Shown here piece after piece: positions 12,636 to 22,385 of a DNA stretch of 32,000 nt. Source of the DNA: Demequinaceae bacterium. GTDB lineage: Bacteria; Actinomycetota; Actinomycetes; Actinomycetales; Demequinaceae. Position 1 is the stretch's first letter. Every line of letters begins with the position of its first letter. Made by a program: the position numbers and the translations under genes. The DNA is taken from NCBI GenBank assembly GCA_965250005.1, contig OZ252279.1, positions 1,290,001 through 1,322,000 on the forward strand. The letters run 5' to 3'. The notes beneath the pieces were generated by a model. It searched no databases and had not been told where the DNA came from. It saw only the letters and a program-made list of their open reading frames with translations.

Positions 12636-15203
12636 CTATGGGCTTGGGCTGGGTTCTGGGTCCGGTTCTGGGTCCGGTTCTGGGTCCGGCTCCGCGTTTG
12701 GGTCAGTCCAGTCTCCCGGATTCCATCCAGCAGGTGGGTTCGAAGAGAACTCTGCAGGCGGCCACGACTCGCCCCACCAGTCAACCGGCGGGATGTACGT
12801 ATTCCACGTCGAGGGCCAGTTGAACCACCAGTCCGGGAAAAAACTCCGGGTGACACGGTAAGTAACCGTGGCGCCAGGGCCGAGTACGGTCTCTGGCAGC
12901 TCTGATTGGTAGACGACTGTCTGGTTTGGCAGGGTGTCATCGTAGATGGCCCTGTTGCCCTCCGCCCAACGGAGTCCGGCGTCATTGATGGCGTTGCGTG
13001 CATCAGTGATCGTCATGCCGTGTACGTCGGGCATGACGATTTGCACTGTGCCGAGCGATGACGGTGGCGATGACGGGAACCCCAGCTTGGGAGTGCCCGC
13101 GAGGATTCTGTCCATGTATCGCTTCCACGTCGGTCCCGAGATAGTCGCACCGTACACGTACCGGTACTTGGTCCCGTTCAGCGTGATGCTTTGCTGCGGC
13201 GTGTCTCTATCGGGGTGGCCCAGCCACACAACGGTGGTGACCTGCGGTGTCGAGCCCATGAACCACGTGTGGGCATTGTTCTGCGACGTCCCGGATTTGC
13301 CAGCCGCCTGGCGGCCACCCGCAAGTTGCACGTACCGGCCCGTACCGATCGCCATGACCTGCGTCTGCGCATAAATGACGCCACGCGCGATGTTCGCGTC
13401 AACGGTCCGGCGACAGTCTTCGGCGGGGGGGGTCACCTGAGAGCCGTCCGGCTTCGTGATCGAAAGAATGGCGTACGGTTCGCAGCGAATGCCTCCATTC
13501 ACCAGAGTGGAAGCGACCTGAGCCATAGTGAGCGGCGACGCGTTCTGAGTTCCGAGGACCATCGACGGAACTGTCTCGAATTCAGCGCCATCAGCGCGCT
13601 CGAACCCGAGTGCCTCCGCCATGTCGGCGACGCCGCACAGGTCTAACCTGGCAGTCATCGCAACATATGAGGTATTTATAGAGTGCGCTGTCGCGGACAG
13701 AGCGGACTGTTGCTTCGCGTCCGTATTGCCGGTGTTGCCCGGCTTCCACGTTCCACCGCCGTTGAAGTAGCCGCCGTCGAGGCACGACGCGTGCCAATTC
13801 TCGGGATTCCATTCGCGAATAGCGCCGCTGACCGCCTCCGAAAGGTAGTGCCCCTCGGCGAGCCACTGGGCCAAGATGATCGGCTTGAATGTCGAGCCTG
13901 GGGAAAAGCCGCGCGAACCACCGTAGACCCGGTCAACCGCGTAGTTGATCGCCGTAAGACCCGGTTCGCCGCTGGCTCCGGGATCGAAGTCTCGGTTCTG
14001 CGCCATCGCGAGAATCTGACCGTTTGACGGATTCACCGACACGAGTGCGTGCGCAAACCCGGAAGGATCCGTCGGGCTTAGGGACTTTCGGAGCTCGTCG
14101 TTCGCGATTCTCTGCATGTTGATGTCGAGCGTGGTGACGATTTCAAGCCCTCCTGCGTACAGCAGCTCATTGCCCTGATCGTTAAAGACCGGGTCATTGG
14201 CAATGACCTTGGTTACGTAGTCGCAGAAGAAAGGCGCGTCAACCGAGGCAACACAGCTGAACGCTGGCCGGTGAATATCAAGTGTTTCTTCGACGTCAGT
14301 CGCGACAAACGCGTCAAATTCGGCGCGCGAAATCATCTCTTGCTCGAACATCACACCCAGCACCGTGTCGCGGCGAATGCGCGTGTTCTCCGGGTAGCGA
14401 ATGGGGTCCCACTTGGTGGGGTTCTGCGTGATGCCGGCCATGGTCGCCGCTTCAATCGCGTTGAGTTCTGCCGCGGTTTTTCCAAAGTAGAACTGAGCGG
14501 ACGCCTCAACTCCGTAGACCGACCGACCGAACTGGGCGATGTTCAGGTACTGCTCGAGGATCTGCTCCTTGCCGCAATCAACCACCGGGTCGGAGGTGCA
14601 CTCCCGGCCGAAAATGTCGCCAAAATACTCTTCGAGGCGGAGGGCGAGCTTGGCCTCGTTCAATTTGCGGGAAAGCGATACCTCGGTTGCCTTAACTATC
14701 TTTTCGTCATCATCGGCAGAGCGCGCCTCTTCAATGAGCGTGTTCTTAATGAGCTGCTGAGTGAGCGTGGACGCACCAGGGCTCTCATCAGAAGTGAGGT
14801 TCTTGAAAACCGCGCGCATGATGCCCTCGCCGTCGACTCCGTTATGCTCCCAGAATCTTTTGTCCTCGGTCGCAACAACGGCCTTCTGGAGCCAGGGTGA
14901 AATCTGTTCAAGAGGAACCACAATTCGGTTCTGGAAGTAGAAGGTGGCGATCAGCGTCTCGCCGTCACGGGCGTAAATGTTCGACTGCTGCGGGAGCCCG
15001 TCCAACTGACTAATGGAAGCAGGGAGCTCGTCGAACAGATCGATCACAGCATTCGACGTGTTCCCCGCGACGGTAGCCGCGGGAAGCAACACCCCGGCAA
15101 AGAGAACCCCGCCCAGTGCGGACAGCAAAATAAAGGCGAAGAACGAGCCGATGAGCTGAAGGAGCGTTACGCGACCGGAGTCGGCCGAAATCATGCGTGA
15201 CAT
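12636..15203 (-). CDS. ponA: Bifunctional transglycosylase/transpeptidase penicillin-binding protein with PASTA domain
   Basis: GT51 signature ATEDKRFWEHNGVDGEGIMRAVFKNL, TQQLIKN; transpeptidase SPGSTFKPI, SLN-type motif, GKSGTSQNNAHTWFMG; C-terminal PASTA-like VQIVMPDVHGMTITDARNAINDAGLRW and Pro/Glu/Asp tail. Confidence 0.95.
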   Translation of the reverse strand: MSRMISADSGRVTLLQLIGSFFAFILLSALGGVLFAGVLLPAATVAGNTSNAVIDLFDELPASISQLDGLPQQSNIYARDGETLIATFYFQNRIVVPLEQISPWLQKAVVATEDKRFWEHNGVDGEGIMRAVFKNLTSDESPGASTLTQQLIKNTLIEEARSADDDEKIVKATEVSLSRKLNEAKLALRLEEYFGDIFGRECTSDPVVDCGKEQILEQYLNIAQFGRSVYGVEASAQFYFGKTAAELNAIEAATMAGITQNPTKWDPIRYPENTRIRRDTVLGVMFEQEMISRAEFDAFVATDVEETLDIHRPAFSCVASVDAPFFCDYVTKVIANDPVFNDQGNELLYAGGLEIVTTLDINMQRIANDELRKSLSPTDPSGFAHALVSVNPSNGQILAMAQNRDFDPGASGEPGLTAINYAVDRVYGGSRGFSPGSTFKPIILAQWLAEGHYLSEAVSGAIREWNPENWHASCLDGGYFNGGGTWKPGNTGNTDAKQQSALSATAHSINTSYVAMTARLDLCGVADMAEALGFERADGAEFETVPSMVLGTQNASPLTMAQVASTLVNGGIRCEPYAILSITKPDGSQVTPPAEDCRRTVDANIARGVIYAQTQVMAIGTGRYVQLAGGRQAAGKSGTSQNNAHTWFMGSTPQVTTVVWLGHPDRDTPQQSITLNGTKYRYVYGATISGPTWKRYMDRILAGTPKLGFPSSPPSSLGTVQIVMPDVHGMTITDARNAINDAGLRWAEGNRAIYDDTLPNQTVVYQSELPETVLGPGATVTYRVTRSFFPDWWFNWPSTWNTYIPPVDWWGESWPPAEFSSNPPAGWNPGDWTDPNAEPDPEPDPEPDPEPSPSP
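12652..12693 (+). repeat. 12-bp tandem repeat (ggttctgggtcc x3 plus a partial unit) encoding the (PEPD)n tail
   Basis: Direct reading of ggttctgggtccggttctgggtccggttctgggtccggctcc; encodes PEPDPEPDPEPDPEP on the minus strand. Confidence 0.9.
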
Positions 15204-15279
15204 GGCACCTACCTTACGTTGGAGGTGTAACGAATGAGGACTCGGCCAGGTTTCCCACCCGCAGGGTTAGGCTCGTCAC

Positions 15280-15435
15280 ATGACTACCTGGGAATACTCG
15301 ACTGTGCCCCTCATCGACCATGCGACCAAGCAAATCCTCGATCAGTGGGGCGATGACGGCTGGGAGCTTATTCAAGTGGTGACCGGACCCACCGGTGGCC
15401 TCGTCGCCTACCTCAAGCGCCCGAAGGAATCCTGA
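15280..15435 (+). CDS. DUF4177-like 51-aa protein
   Basis: Not in the ORF track (below length cutoff). ATG at 15280 encodes MTTWEYSTVPLIDHATKQILDQWGDDGWELIQVVTGPTGGLVAYLKRPKES; W-E-Y...G..GWEL pattern; TGATG coupling to the downstream RidA gene. Confidence 0.85.
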   Translation: MTTWEYSTVPLIDHATKQILDQWGDDGWELIQVVTGPTGGLVAYLKRPKES

Positions 15436-15905
15436 TGCCCTCCGCATCAGAGCGACTCGCTGCGCTCGGTCTCACGCTGCCGCCCGTCGTGGCACCCGTT
15501 GCCACGTACGTGCCCGCGCTTGTGCACGGAAAGAGTGTATGGACGTCAGGGCAATTGCCGATGGTTGACGGCCAACTCGTGGCAGTCGGGGTGGTTTCAA
15601 ACGACTCCGGGGCCGTCCCGCCCGACGTCGCACACGAGTGCGCACGCATCTCAGCTCTCAACGGCCTCGCGGCAATCGCCGATGCGGCGGGCGGGATCGA
15701 CGAAATCGAGCGCATCGTGCGCGTTACCGGCTATGTCGCATCCGCTCCTGGCTTCACGGGCCAACCCGCCGTGATCAACGGTGCGAGCCTGCTACTCGGC
15801 GAGGTATTCGGGGACGCAGGCAAGCATGCGCGCTCGGCAGTTGGTGTGGCGGCACTCCCGCTAGGCGCACCCGTCGAGGTCGAGATTGAGGCTGTACTGC
15901 GCTAG
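15435..15905 (+). CDS. RidA/YjgF family protein
   Basis: 156 aa; [90 protein letters not shown]. Confidence 0.93.
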   Translation: MPSASERLAALGLTLPPVVAPVATYVPALVHGKSVWTSGQLPMVDGQLVAVGVVSNDSGAVPPDVAHECARISALNGLAAIADAAGGIDEIERIVRVTGYVASAPGFTGQPAVINGASLLLGEVFGDAGKHARSAVGVAALPLGAPVEVEIEAVLR

Positions 15906-15913
15906 CCGATGCG

Positions 15914-16609
15914 TTAACGCGAGCGCGCGCGGAGGCGGTCGGGCTCGTACACGACGACCGACCCCATGTGCACGTCTATCCACCCGCGGCTGGCGAAGTC
16001 TGCGAGCGCCTTGTTCACCGTCTCGCGCGAAGCTCCCACGAGTTGTGCGAGTTCCTCCTGCGTCAAGCCGTGACGCACGACCACGTGGCCGCGGTCCAAG
16101 TTTCCGAATCGCTGACCCAAGTCGAGAATGGCCTTGGCAACGCGGCCCGGCACATCGGTAAATACCAGGTCGGCCATCGTGACGCTCGTGCGGCGAATGC
16201 GTTTGGCAAGCACGCGCAACAGGTGCTTGGACGCGTCCATGTGCTCTTTGAGCCAGCCGTCCAGAGCCTGTCGCGTGAGTTCATAAACAACGGAATCTTC
16301 CGGTACGTGTGCGCGGGCTACCCGCGGTCCGGGATCGAAGACGCTCAGTTCGCCCACCAGGTCACTTACGCCAAAGAGATTGAGCAGGTTCTCGCGCCCG
16401 TCACGCGCCGTGCGAGCGAGCTTCACTTTGCCTTTCACGACGACGAACATTGAATCGCCTGGGGCACCCTCGAAGAAGATGACCTCGCCGCGACGAATCT
16501 CGCGGCGTTTCATCACCGCAATGAGTGAAAGCCCGGTCTCCGCATCGAGCCCACCGAGCAGCGGCGAGGAGCGAAGTGTATTCTCCTCGGTTGCCGGATC
16601 ATGTGGCAT
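15914..16609 (-). CDS. crp: Crp/Fnr family transcriptional regulator (actinobacterial Crp/GlxR type)
   Basis: Cyclic-nucleotide-binding fold (GEVIFFEGAPGDSMFVVVKGKVKL) and HTH (TQEELAQLVGASRETVNKALADFASRGWI); adjacent to nth as in many actinobacteria. ORF extends to 16645; M at 16609 preferred. Confidence 0.88.
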   Translation of the reverse strand: MPHDPATEENTLRSSPLLGGLDAETGLSLIAVMKRREIRRGEVIFFEGAPGDSMFVVVKGKVKLARTARDGRENLLNLFGVSDLVGELSVFDPGPRVARAHVPEDSVVYELTRQALDGWLKEHMDASKHLLRVLAKRIRRTSVTMADLVFTDVPGRVAKAILDLGQRFGNLDRGHVVVRHGLTQEELAQLVGASRETVNKALADFASRGWIDVHMGSVVVYEPDRLRARSR

Positions 16610-16997
16610 TGTCTGTCTCCGTTTGCTTCGCAGCTCCCATGGCATCCACCATCTGCGTCGTCACGCTCTCAAGATTGTCAGAAAGTCGCGATTCGTACAC
16701 CCCTAGCCTGCCATCGAGTGAGTCGAGTCGCTCAATTGCGCTCGGCTCCGACTGCTTGGGCTCGGGCCAGATAACTTCGGCAAGCTCACCTGGTGTTGGC
16801 GCTCCAGCGGCAAGTGCTTCCCACGCGGTATCCAAATCGGGGTTGGCGCTGGTCGCCTGCGAGAGCTGGCCTACGGTCAGGTCGTGGCGCGCGGTTACAA
16901 GCTTTCGCCACCAGCGCACGCGGGCGAGCTCAAGGCGCAATTCACGTCGGCGGTGCCGCAAATCGGCGATCGCAATTACGGATGCGACAATTGCCAT
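16599..16997 (-). CDS. Conserved hypothetical protein, N-terminal hydrophobic segment
   Basis: 132-aa ORF overlapping the crp start by 11 nt; same strand, coding-like composition. Confidence 0.6.
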   Translation of the reverse strand: MAIVASVIAIADLRHRRRELRLELARVRWWRKLVTARHDLTVGQLSQATSANPDLDTAWEALAAGAPTPGELAEVIWPEPKQSEPSAIERLDSLDGRLGVYESRLSDNLESVTTQMVDAMGAAKQTETDNAT

Positions 16998-17090
16998 CCG
17001 AGCCCTCCTTCCTCGTGCTCCTGAATCGCTTGTCCCACCGTTTATCGGCGAGCGGGCGCGAGCCCTTGAGTGGGCGCTTATGGTGGACGC

Positions 17091-17780
17091 ATGCCGACCC
17101 GGGGGACACTGCCAGTCGCGTCCGCCGACCAGGGCTCACCGCCCACCGCGCTGGTGCGCCGTGCGCGCCGCGTCAACCGGATGCTGGCCGAGGTCTATCC
17201 CGATGCCGCCTGCGAACTAGATTACCGGAACTCGTTCGAGCTCCTGGTCGCCACCGTGCTCTCTGCTCAGTGCACCGATGTTCGCGTCAACCTGGTGACG
17301 CCGGCGCTTTTCGACGAGTTCCCGGGACCGCGAGCGATGGCGGCAGCACCGCGCGAACGCATTGAGGATCTCATCCACTCGACCGGGTTCTTCCGCGCCA
17401 AAGCCGAGTCGCTCCTGGGTCTCAGCCGCGACATCGTCGAGAAGTACGACGGCGTGGTGCCCGGACACCTGAAAGATTTGGTCACGCTGCGTGGCGTGGG
17501 CCGTAAGACGGCGAACGTAGTTCTCGGCAATGCCTTTGGGGTGCCCGGCATCACTGTCGACACCCACATGGGGCGGCTGGCGCGCAGGCTGGGACTGACG
17601 GTCAATGAGGACCCAGTGGCCGTTGAGCGCGACCTCAACGCCCTCATCGAACGACGCGAGTGGACGTTGTGGTCGCACCGCGTAATCTTCCACGGTCGAC
17701 GGCGATGTACGTCGCGCCGGCCGGACTGCGGAGCCTGCGAGCTTGCACGCCTGTGCCCGTCGGCGGGATCGTTCGGCTAA
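17091..17780 (+). CDS. nth: Endonuclease III
   Basis: [17 protein letters not shown], Hh[39 protein letters not shown], Fe-S cysteines C-x6-C-x2-C-x5-C ([17 protein letters not shown]). ORF starts at 17070; ATG 17091 preferred. Confidence 0.96.
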   Translation: MPTRGTLPVASADQGSPPTALVRRARRVNRMLAEVYPDAACELDYRNSFELLVATVLSAQCTDVRVNLVTPALFDEFPGPRAMAAAPRERIEDLIHSTGFFRAKAESLLGLSRDIVEKYDGVVPGHLKDLVTLRGVGRKTANVVLGNAFGVPGITVDTHMGRLARRLGLTVNEDPVAVERDLNALIERREWTLWSHRVIFHGRRRCTSRRPDCGACELARLCPSAGSFG

Positions 17781-19066
17781 CTCTCGGGTTCATCCTCTGG
17801 GACCGGTGTTGCCCGCTGCGCGTAGACGCGCCCGTAATGCCGATCGCGCCACCCGAGGATGCTGGCGCCCGCAATGGCCGCTACGGCGGAGGCGAGGAGC
17901 ACCGAGGCCTTCACATACTCCCCCTGCCCGGAGTCGCCGAACGCCAGTTCACCTATCAGCAGGGACACCGTGAAGCCGATGCCCGCAACCGTCGCGATGC
18001 CCGTCACGTCCCACCAAGACAGTCCCCTGTCCAGCGACGCGCGGGTCAGGTTGGCTACAAGCGCAGTAGCGACGATGATCCCGATGGGCTTGCCGACAAC
18101 GAGGCCAAGCGCGATGCCTTGAGACGCTGGATCCGAAATCACGGCGCTCAACGCTTCCCAATTCATGGCGACGCCAGCGGCGAAGAAGGCGAAAATCGGA
18201 ACTGCAACGCCAGCGGAGAAGGGCGCCCAGCGGTGTTCCCAGTGCTCAACCACGCTTTGGCTCTCGCCATCACGTCGCATGGCGGGCACCACGAGTCCCA
18301 GCGCAACGCCGGCAATAGTCGCGTGGATCCCCGACTCGTGCATGAAAGCCCACGTGGCCACGGCAAGGGGCACGAGCAGCCACGGAGACGTGACACGGCG
18401 CTGCACAAGGAGCGCGAACACCAGCAGCGCGACGCCCGAGGCGAGGAGCCAGCCCCATGTGAACCCGTGCGAAAAAAAGATGGCGATGATGACGATCGCG
18501 AGCAAGTCGTCCACAACGGCAAGCGTCAGGAGGAAGGCTCGCATGGAGTTGGGCAGGCGTCGACCCACCACTGCGACCACCGCGAGCGCAAACGCGATGT
18601 CGGTTGCGGTGGGAACCGCCCACCCCTCAGTCACGCCGTCGGACTGCCACAAGTTGACCGCGAGGTAGATAAGGGCGGGAACAGCCATGCCGCCGATGGC
18701 CGCGACGATCGGCACGACTGCGGTTGAAGGGCGGCGCAACTCGCCAACGACCAGCTCGCGCTTGAGTTCGAGGCCAATGACGAAGAAGAAGATCGCGAGC
18801 AGTCCGTCGGTAGCCCACTGGGCGAGCGAAAGGTCAACGTGAAATGAGACGCCACCGAACAAGGTGACGGCGCGGTCGATCGGCACATAATCGCGCAGGC
18901 TCGTGTAACCGTCCGACCAGGCGGAGTTGATCCAGACCAGCGCCGAAACCGTTCCGACGAGCATGAGCACGCCGCCAGCACGCTCGTTGCGCATGATGTC
19001 CGCAAAGGTGCGTTCCGTAGACGGCGTAAGTCGCGTGAATAGGCGCCGCGCCTTCTGCCGAACCAT
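17777..19066 (-). CDS. nhaA: Na+/H+ antiporter NhaA
   Basis: 429 aa; [71 protein letters not shown]. Confidence 0.96.
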   Translation of the reverse strand: MVRQKARRLFTRLTPSTERTFADIMRNERAGGVLMLVGTVSALVWINSAWSDGYTSLRDYVPIDRAVTLFGGVSFHVDLSLAQWATDGLLAIFFFVIGLELKRELVVGELRRPSTAVVPIVAAIGGMAVPALIYLAVNLWQSDGVTEGWAVPTATDIAFALAVVAVVGRRLPNSMRAFLLTLAVVDDLLAIVIIAIFFSHGFTWGWLLASGVALLVFALLVQRRVTSPWLLVPLAVATWAFMHESGIHATIAGVALGLVVPAMRRDGESQSVVEHWEHRWAPFSAGVAVPIFAFFAAGVAMNWEALSAVISDPASQGIALGLVVGKPIGIIVATALVANLTRASLDRGLSWWDVTGIATVAGIGFTVSLLIGELAFGDSGQGEYVKASVLLASAVAAIAGASILGWRDRHYGRVYAQRATPVPEDEPES

Positions 19067-19098
19067 GTGTCATCCTCGCTCTGTCGATTGGGGCAATC

Positions 19099-19815
19099 CT
19101 AGCGAGAGGGCGCGTCGTCCAATGTCTTATCGATTGGGGGTGCCGGTGCCGGATCAAACCGATAGCCGACGTTGCGCACGGTGCCGATGAGCTGCTCATA
19201 CTCAGCGCCCAACTTGGCCCGGAGCCGCCTGACATGGACGTCCACGGTTCGCGTGCCGCCGTAATAATCAAAGCCCCACACTTCTTGCAAGAGCTGGTCA
19301 CGAGTGTACACGCGCCCGGGGTGTTGCATCAGGTACTTGATGAGTTCAAACTCTTTGTACGTCAGGTCGAGGGGCCTGCCCTTAAGTCGAGCGGTATAGC
19401 CTCCGACATCCACTGTCAACTCGCCAGAAGAGAACTCTGAGGCCCTGATCATCGGGTCTTCGGCCTCGGCGCGACCTATCAAGAGACGTATCCGCGCGTC
19501 CACCTCGGCTGGGCCGGCGCTTGCCAGAATCACATCGTCAACGCCCCAATCCGAGTGGACGACCGACATGCCGCCGTCACCAAGCACCAACATCAGGGGA
19601 ATCGAGACTCCCGTCGCGTTGATCATTTTGCAGGTGGTCCGGCACGCGACTAACTCGGCACGTGCGTCCACCAAAACGATGTCGGCTTCGAGGGCTTCAA
19701 GCATCGCGGAGGGCTCTGGGGGAAGCACCCGCATGCGGTGTCCCAGTAGTGAGAGAGAGGGCAGGACCTCGGAGGCGCCGTCAGCCGACGCGGTCAACAC
19801 CAGCAGATCTGCCAT
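19099..19815 (-). CDS. glnR: GlnR-type orphan response regulator, winged-helix
   Basis: Atypical receiver with [28 protein letters not shown] typical of GlnR; OmpR-type w[57 protein letters not shown]...VGYRF. Confidence 0.85.
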   Translation of the reverse strand: MADLLVLTASADGASEVLPSLSLLGHRMRVLPPEPSAMLEALEADIVLVDARAELVACRTTCKMINATGVSIPLMLVLGDGGMSVVHSDWGVDDVILASAGPAEVDARIRLLIGRAEAEDPMIRASEFSSGELTVDVGGYTARLKGRPLDLTYKEFELIKYLMQHPGRVYTRDQLLQEVWGFDYYGGTRTVDVHVRRLRAKLGAEYEQLIGTVRNVGYRFDPAPAPPIDKTLDDAPSR

Positions 19816-19870
19816 GCTTTCCTCCGAATGCCATTACTGTACCGGCGCAAAGCATGGGAAACTGACCCGC

Positions 19871-20605
19871 ATGAATCCCACAACACGGGCAACCGTGACC
19901 TTCGCAACCGCCGCCGCCCTTGCCGCTGGCGGCTTCTTTGGCGCGCAAGTGCTGGCCGTGGGCGTTCTCGCCGCGGTGTTCGTACTCGCCATCGGCTGGC
20001 CGCTGCTGACGTGGACACCTCACTGGCTCACGGGAAGCGCGATCGTGCTGGCAGGCGGCGCGCTAGCCACGGTTGGCGTGCTGCTAGGCACTCGCGAACC
20101 GTTCCTGCGCCACATGGTGGTCGCTCTCGCCATGACGACGATTGCTGCCCTCGTGATCGAGGTGCTGCGCCCAAGCCCGCCCGGACAGGTGGTCACCGCC
20201 GTAGCGGGCACCGTCACCGGTGCTACCGTCGCGGCCTCGGGCGCGGCATGGATCGCGGCCGCGCGGACCCCTGGCGCGGAAGAACTCGTGATCGCTGGCG
20301 CGGCGGCGCTCGCCGTGGCCGCACTAGCCTCCGCCGCCACGTCGCGCATGTCGCTCAACGTGCTTCTCGCTCTCACCCTCGGCAGCGGTGCGGGTGCTGC
20401 GTCGGGCTACTTCTTCGAGACCATCGAGTGGTACGGCGGCGCACTCGTCGGCCTACTGTGCGCGGCTGCAGTTGTCACCGTGCACGAGCTAACCCGCCGC
20501 GATATCGCCAACACCAGCCAGCTCGCGGGAATAGCGGCCGGCATTACGCCCGTTACCGTCGCGGGAACGCTCGTGTATATCGGCGGCCGCATTCTGGTTG
20601 GCTAA
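19871..20605 (+). CDS. Polytopic membrane protein of unknown function
   Basis: ATG at 19871 inside the longer ORF 19568..20605; 244 aa with repeated hydrophobic Ala/Val-rich helices. Confidence 0.75.
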   Translation: MNPTTRATVTFATAAALAAGGFFGAQVLAVGVLAAVFVLAIGWPLLTWTPHWLTGSAIVLAGGALATVGVLLGTREPFLRHMVVALAMTTIAALVIEVLRPSPPGQVVTAVAGTVTGATVAASGAAWIAAARTPGAEELVIAGAAALAVAALASAATSRMSLNVLLALTLGSGAGAASGYFFETIEWYGGALVGLLCAAAVVTVHELTRRDIANTSQLAGIAAGITPVTVAGTLVYIGGRILVG

Positions 20606-20627
20606 CGCCTCAATCAAGGGACTCAAC

Positions 20628-21065
20628 ATGACTACTGGCCTAACCGTGATCATCACGGTAATGGCGGTGACCACCGTCGGCTATTACTGGTGGCAGCGCC
20701 GTGAGGGCGTGGTCCGTCGTATCGAAGATCCGGCCGGAGTTCTCTCATCGGAAAAGATTGGTGGCAAGCGTGGCTATCGCGCCACCTACGTCCAGTTCTC
20801 CACTCCGATGTGCGCCAAATGCCCGGGCACGCGAGTACTCCTCCAGAGCGTGGCCGCAGAGTACAAGGGTGTGAATCACGTGGAAATCGACGCTGCCGAG
20901 CGCCTCGACATGGCCAAGGAGTTCGACATCATGCGCACGCCCACCACCCTCGTGTTGAACCACGAGGGCGTGGTGGTCGCGCGCATGTCCGGCGCGCCAT
21001 CGGACGCCCAGGCGCGCGAAGCTCTCACTGCCGCCCCACCACCCAGCGCCGACTACGTCATCTAG
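20628..21065 (+). CDS. Thioredoxin-like protein, membrane anchored
   Basis: MTTGLTVIITVMAVTTVGYYWW TM; VQFSTPMCAKCPGTRVLLQSVAAEY, CxxC = CAKC; MRTPTTLVLNHEG cis-Pro region. Confidence 0.88.
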   Translation: MTTGLTVIITVMAVTTVGYYWWQRREGVVRRIEDPAGVLSSEKIGGKRGYRATYVQFSTPMCAKCPGTRVLLQSVAAEYKGVNHVEIDAAERLDMAKEFDIMRTPTTLVLNHEGVVVARMSGAPSDAQAREALTAAPPPSADYVI

Positions 21066-21109
21066 CGCCGCGTCATCGTCTAAACTGCATCATCTACTTC
21101 GGAGGAATT

Positions 21110-21643
21110 ATGGCTACCGCAAAGAAAAAGGCTCCGGTCGAGAAGACCGCCACCAAGAAGGCTTCGGGCCCCAAGGCGCCCGCGGTGGTGCCCGGCACCA
21201 CCGCGAGCGACATTCAGATTGACCCGCGCGGCTACCGCTTTGGCGCGGGCATCACACTCACCGTCGCGATGGCAACCCTGCTGGTAGGCCCTGGCCTCTC
21301 CGGGAACATCCTCATGATCATCATGTTGGTCATGTTCGTCCCCGGCGCAACAGTCGGCCCGCAGGCCACCCTGCAGGCGTTCCTCTACGGCACCCTGGTA
21401 CGCCCGCGCCTGTCGCCCCCCGCGGAAACCGAGTCCTTCCGCCCGCCTCGCTTCGCCCAACAGATGGGCCTCGGCTTCGCCATCGCCGGTGCCGCGAGCG
21501 GACTCGCGGGCTTCGACTTGGGTTTCTGGATCTTCGCCGGCTTCGTGCTCTTCGCCTCCTTCCTCAATTCGGTGCTCGACTTCTGCCTCGGCTGCGAGAT
21601 CTACCTGATGTTCAAGCGTGCAGTCACAGTTAAGGCCGCCTAG
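21110..21643 (+). CDS. DUF4395 domain-containing membrane protein
   Basis: ATG at 21110 preceded by GGAGGA; Lys/Ala-rich N-terminus, IDPRGYRFGAGITLTVAMATLLV, GFWIFAGFVLFASFLNSVLDFCLGCEIYLM. Confidence 0.88.
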   Translation: MATAKKKAPVEKTATKKASGPKAPAVVPGTTASDIQIDPRGYRFGAGITLTVAMATLLVGPGLSGNILMIIMLVMFVPGATVGPQATLQAFLYGTLVRPRLSPPAETESFRPPRFAQQMGLGFAIAGAASGLAGFDLGFWIFAGFVLFASFLNSVLDFCLGCEIYLMFKRAVTVKAA

Positions 21644-21687
21644 CCCGCGCGCTAGGGGTCACCACGTCACGCGGTTAGCATGGGTGC

Positions 21688-21798
21688 ATGAGCAGTCTTG
21701 AGTTGGCTTTCGCGATCCTGGGCGGTCTTGCCGCAATCGGCGTTACCTGGACCGCCGGAATCATGGTGTGGCGACTGCTCCGGACGCCCAAGTCGTGA
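21688..21798 (+). CDS. 36-aa single-TM peptide
   Basis: Not in the ORF track; ATG 21688 encodes MSSLELAFAILGGLAAIGVTWTAGIMVWRLLRTPKS; its TGA overlaps a candidate GTG start of the next gene (GTGA). Confidence 0.55.
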   Translation: MSSLELAFAILGGLAAIGVTWTAGIMVWRLLRTPKS

Positions 21799-22376
21799 CG
21801 TTCACCATCCCCACGGACCTCGCGCCCGAGGCCTATCCACTCGCATGGCTGGTGGGCGAGTGGCGCGGCAGCGGCGTTGTCGAGTACCCCGACATTCCCC
21901 GCGCAGGCTTCGAACAAATCGTGGTCTTCGATCACGACGGTGGCCCGTACCTAAACTACAACTCCACCATCACGCTCACTGGCTCCGGCGGCGAACCCGG
22001 CCAGGTCTGGTCCGCCGAGAGCGGCTTCTGGCGCATCGCTCCGGAAGCCCCCGAAGGCGTGACGCTCACCGAGGAGCAAACACCGCTCGAGGTGATCCTG
22101 TCAGACGCGTCCGGAATCCTCTCCGTCTACCTGGGTGCCATTGGCAACGGGCGCGTTGACCTCGCGACCGACTTCATGGCGCGGACGTCCTCCGCAGCCG
22201 AGGTGGCGGGCGCGACCCGTATGTACGGATTGGTTAAGGGAGACCTGATGTGGGCGTGGGACCTCGCCGCGTTCGGCCACAAGCTTCAGTCCTACGCCTC
22301 AGCCCAGTTGACACGCGTGGCCGATGCCGCGGACACTGCGGACCCCACGAACCCCACCAGCGACACCGCCAAGTAG
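21768..22376 (+). CDS. FABP-family/nitrobindin-like heme-binding protein
   Basis: YPLAWLVGEWRGSGVVEYP (GxWxGxG motif) and a conserved beta-barrel-type sequence. Start may instead be GTG 21795. Confidence 0.88.
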   Translation: MATAPDAQVVTFTIPTDLAPEAYPLAWLVGEWRGSGVVEYPDIPRAGFEQIVVFDHDGGPYLNYNSTITLTGSGGEPGQVWSAESGFWRIAPEAPEGVTLTEEQTPLEVILSDASGILSVYLGAIGNGRVDLATDFMARTSSAAEVAGATRMYGLVKGDLMWAWDLAAFGHKLQSYASAQLTRVADAADTADPTNPTSDTAK

Positions 22377-22385
22377 GAATCTGCT

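Noticed and set aside
17660-18727. 355-aa plus-strand ORF antisense to nhaA
   Set aside because: His/Arg/Asp-rich shadow ORF with no domain; the opposite strand has convincing NhaA motifs.
19067-19150. Repeat of tcgattgggg and an imperfect cctcgct/agcgagagg inverted repeat
   Set aside because: Short, imperfect, and no T-tract; insufficient support for a terminator or regulatory site.
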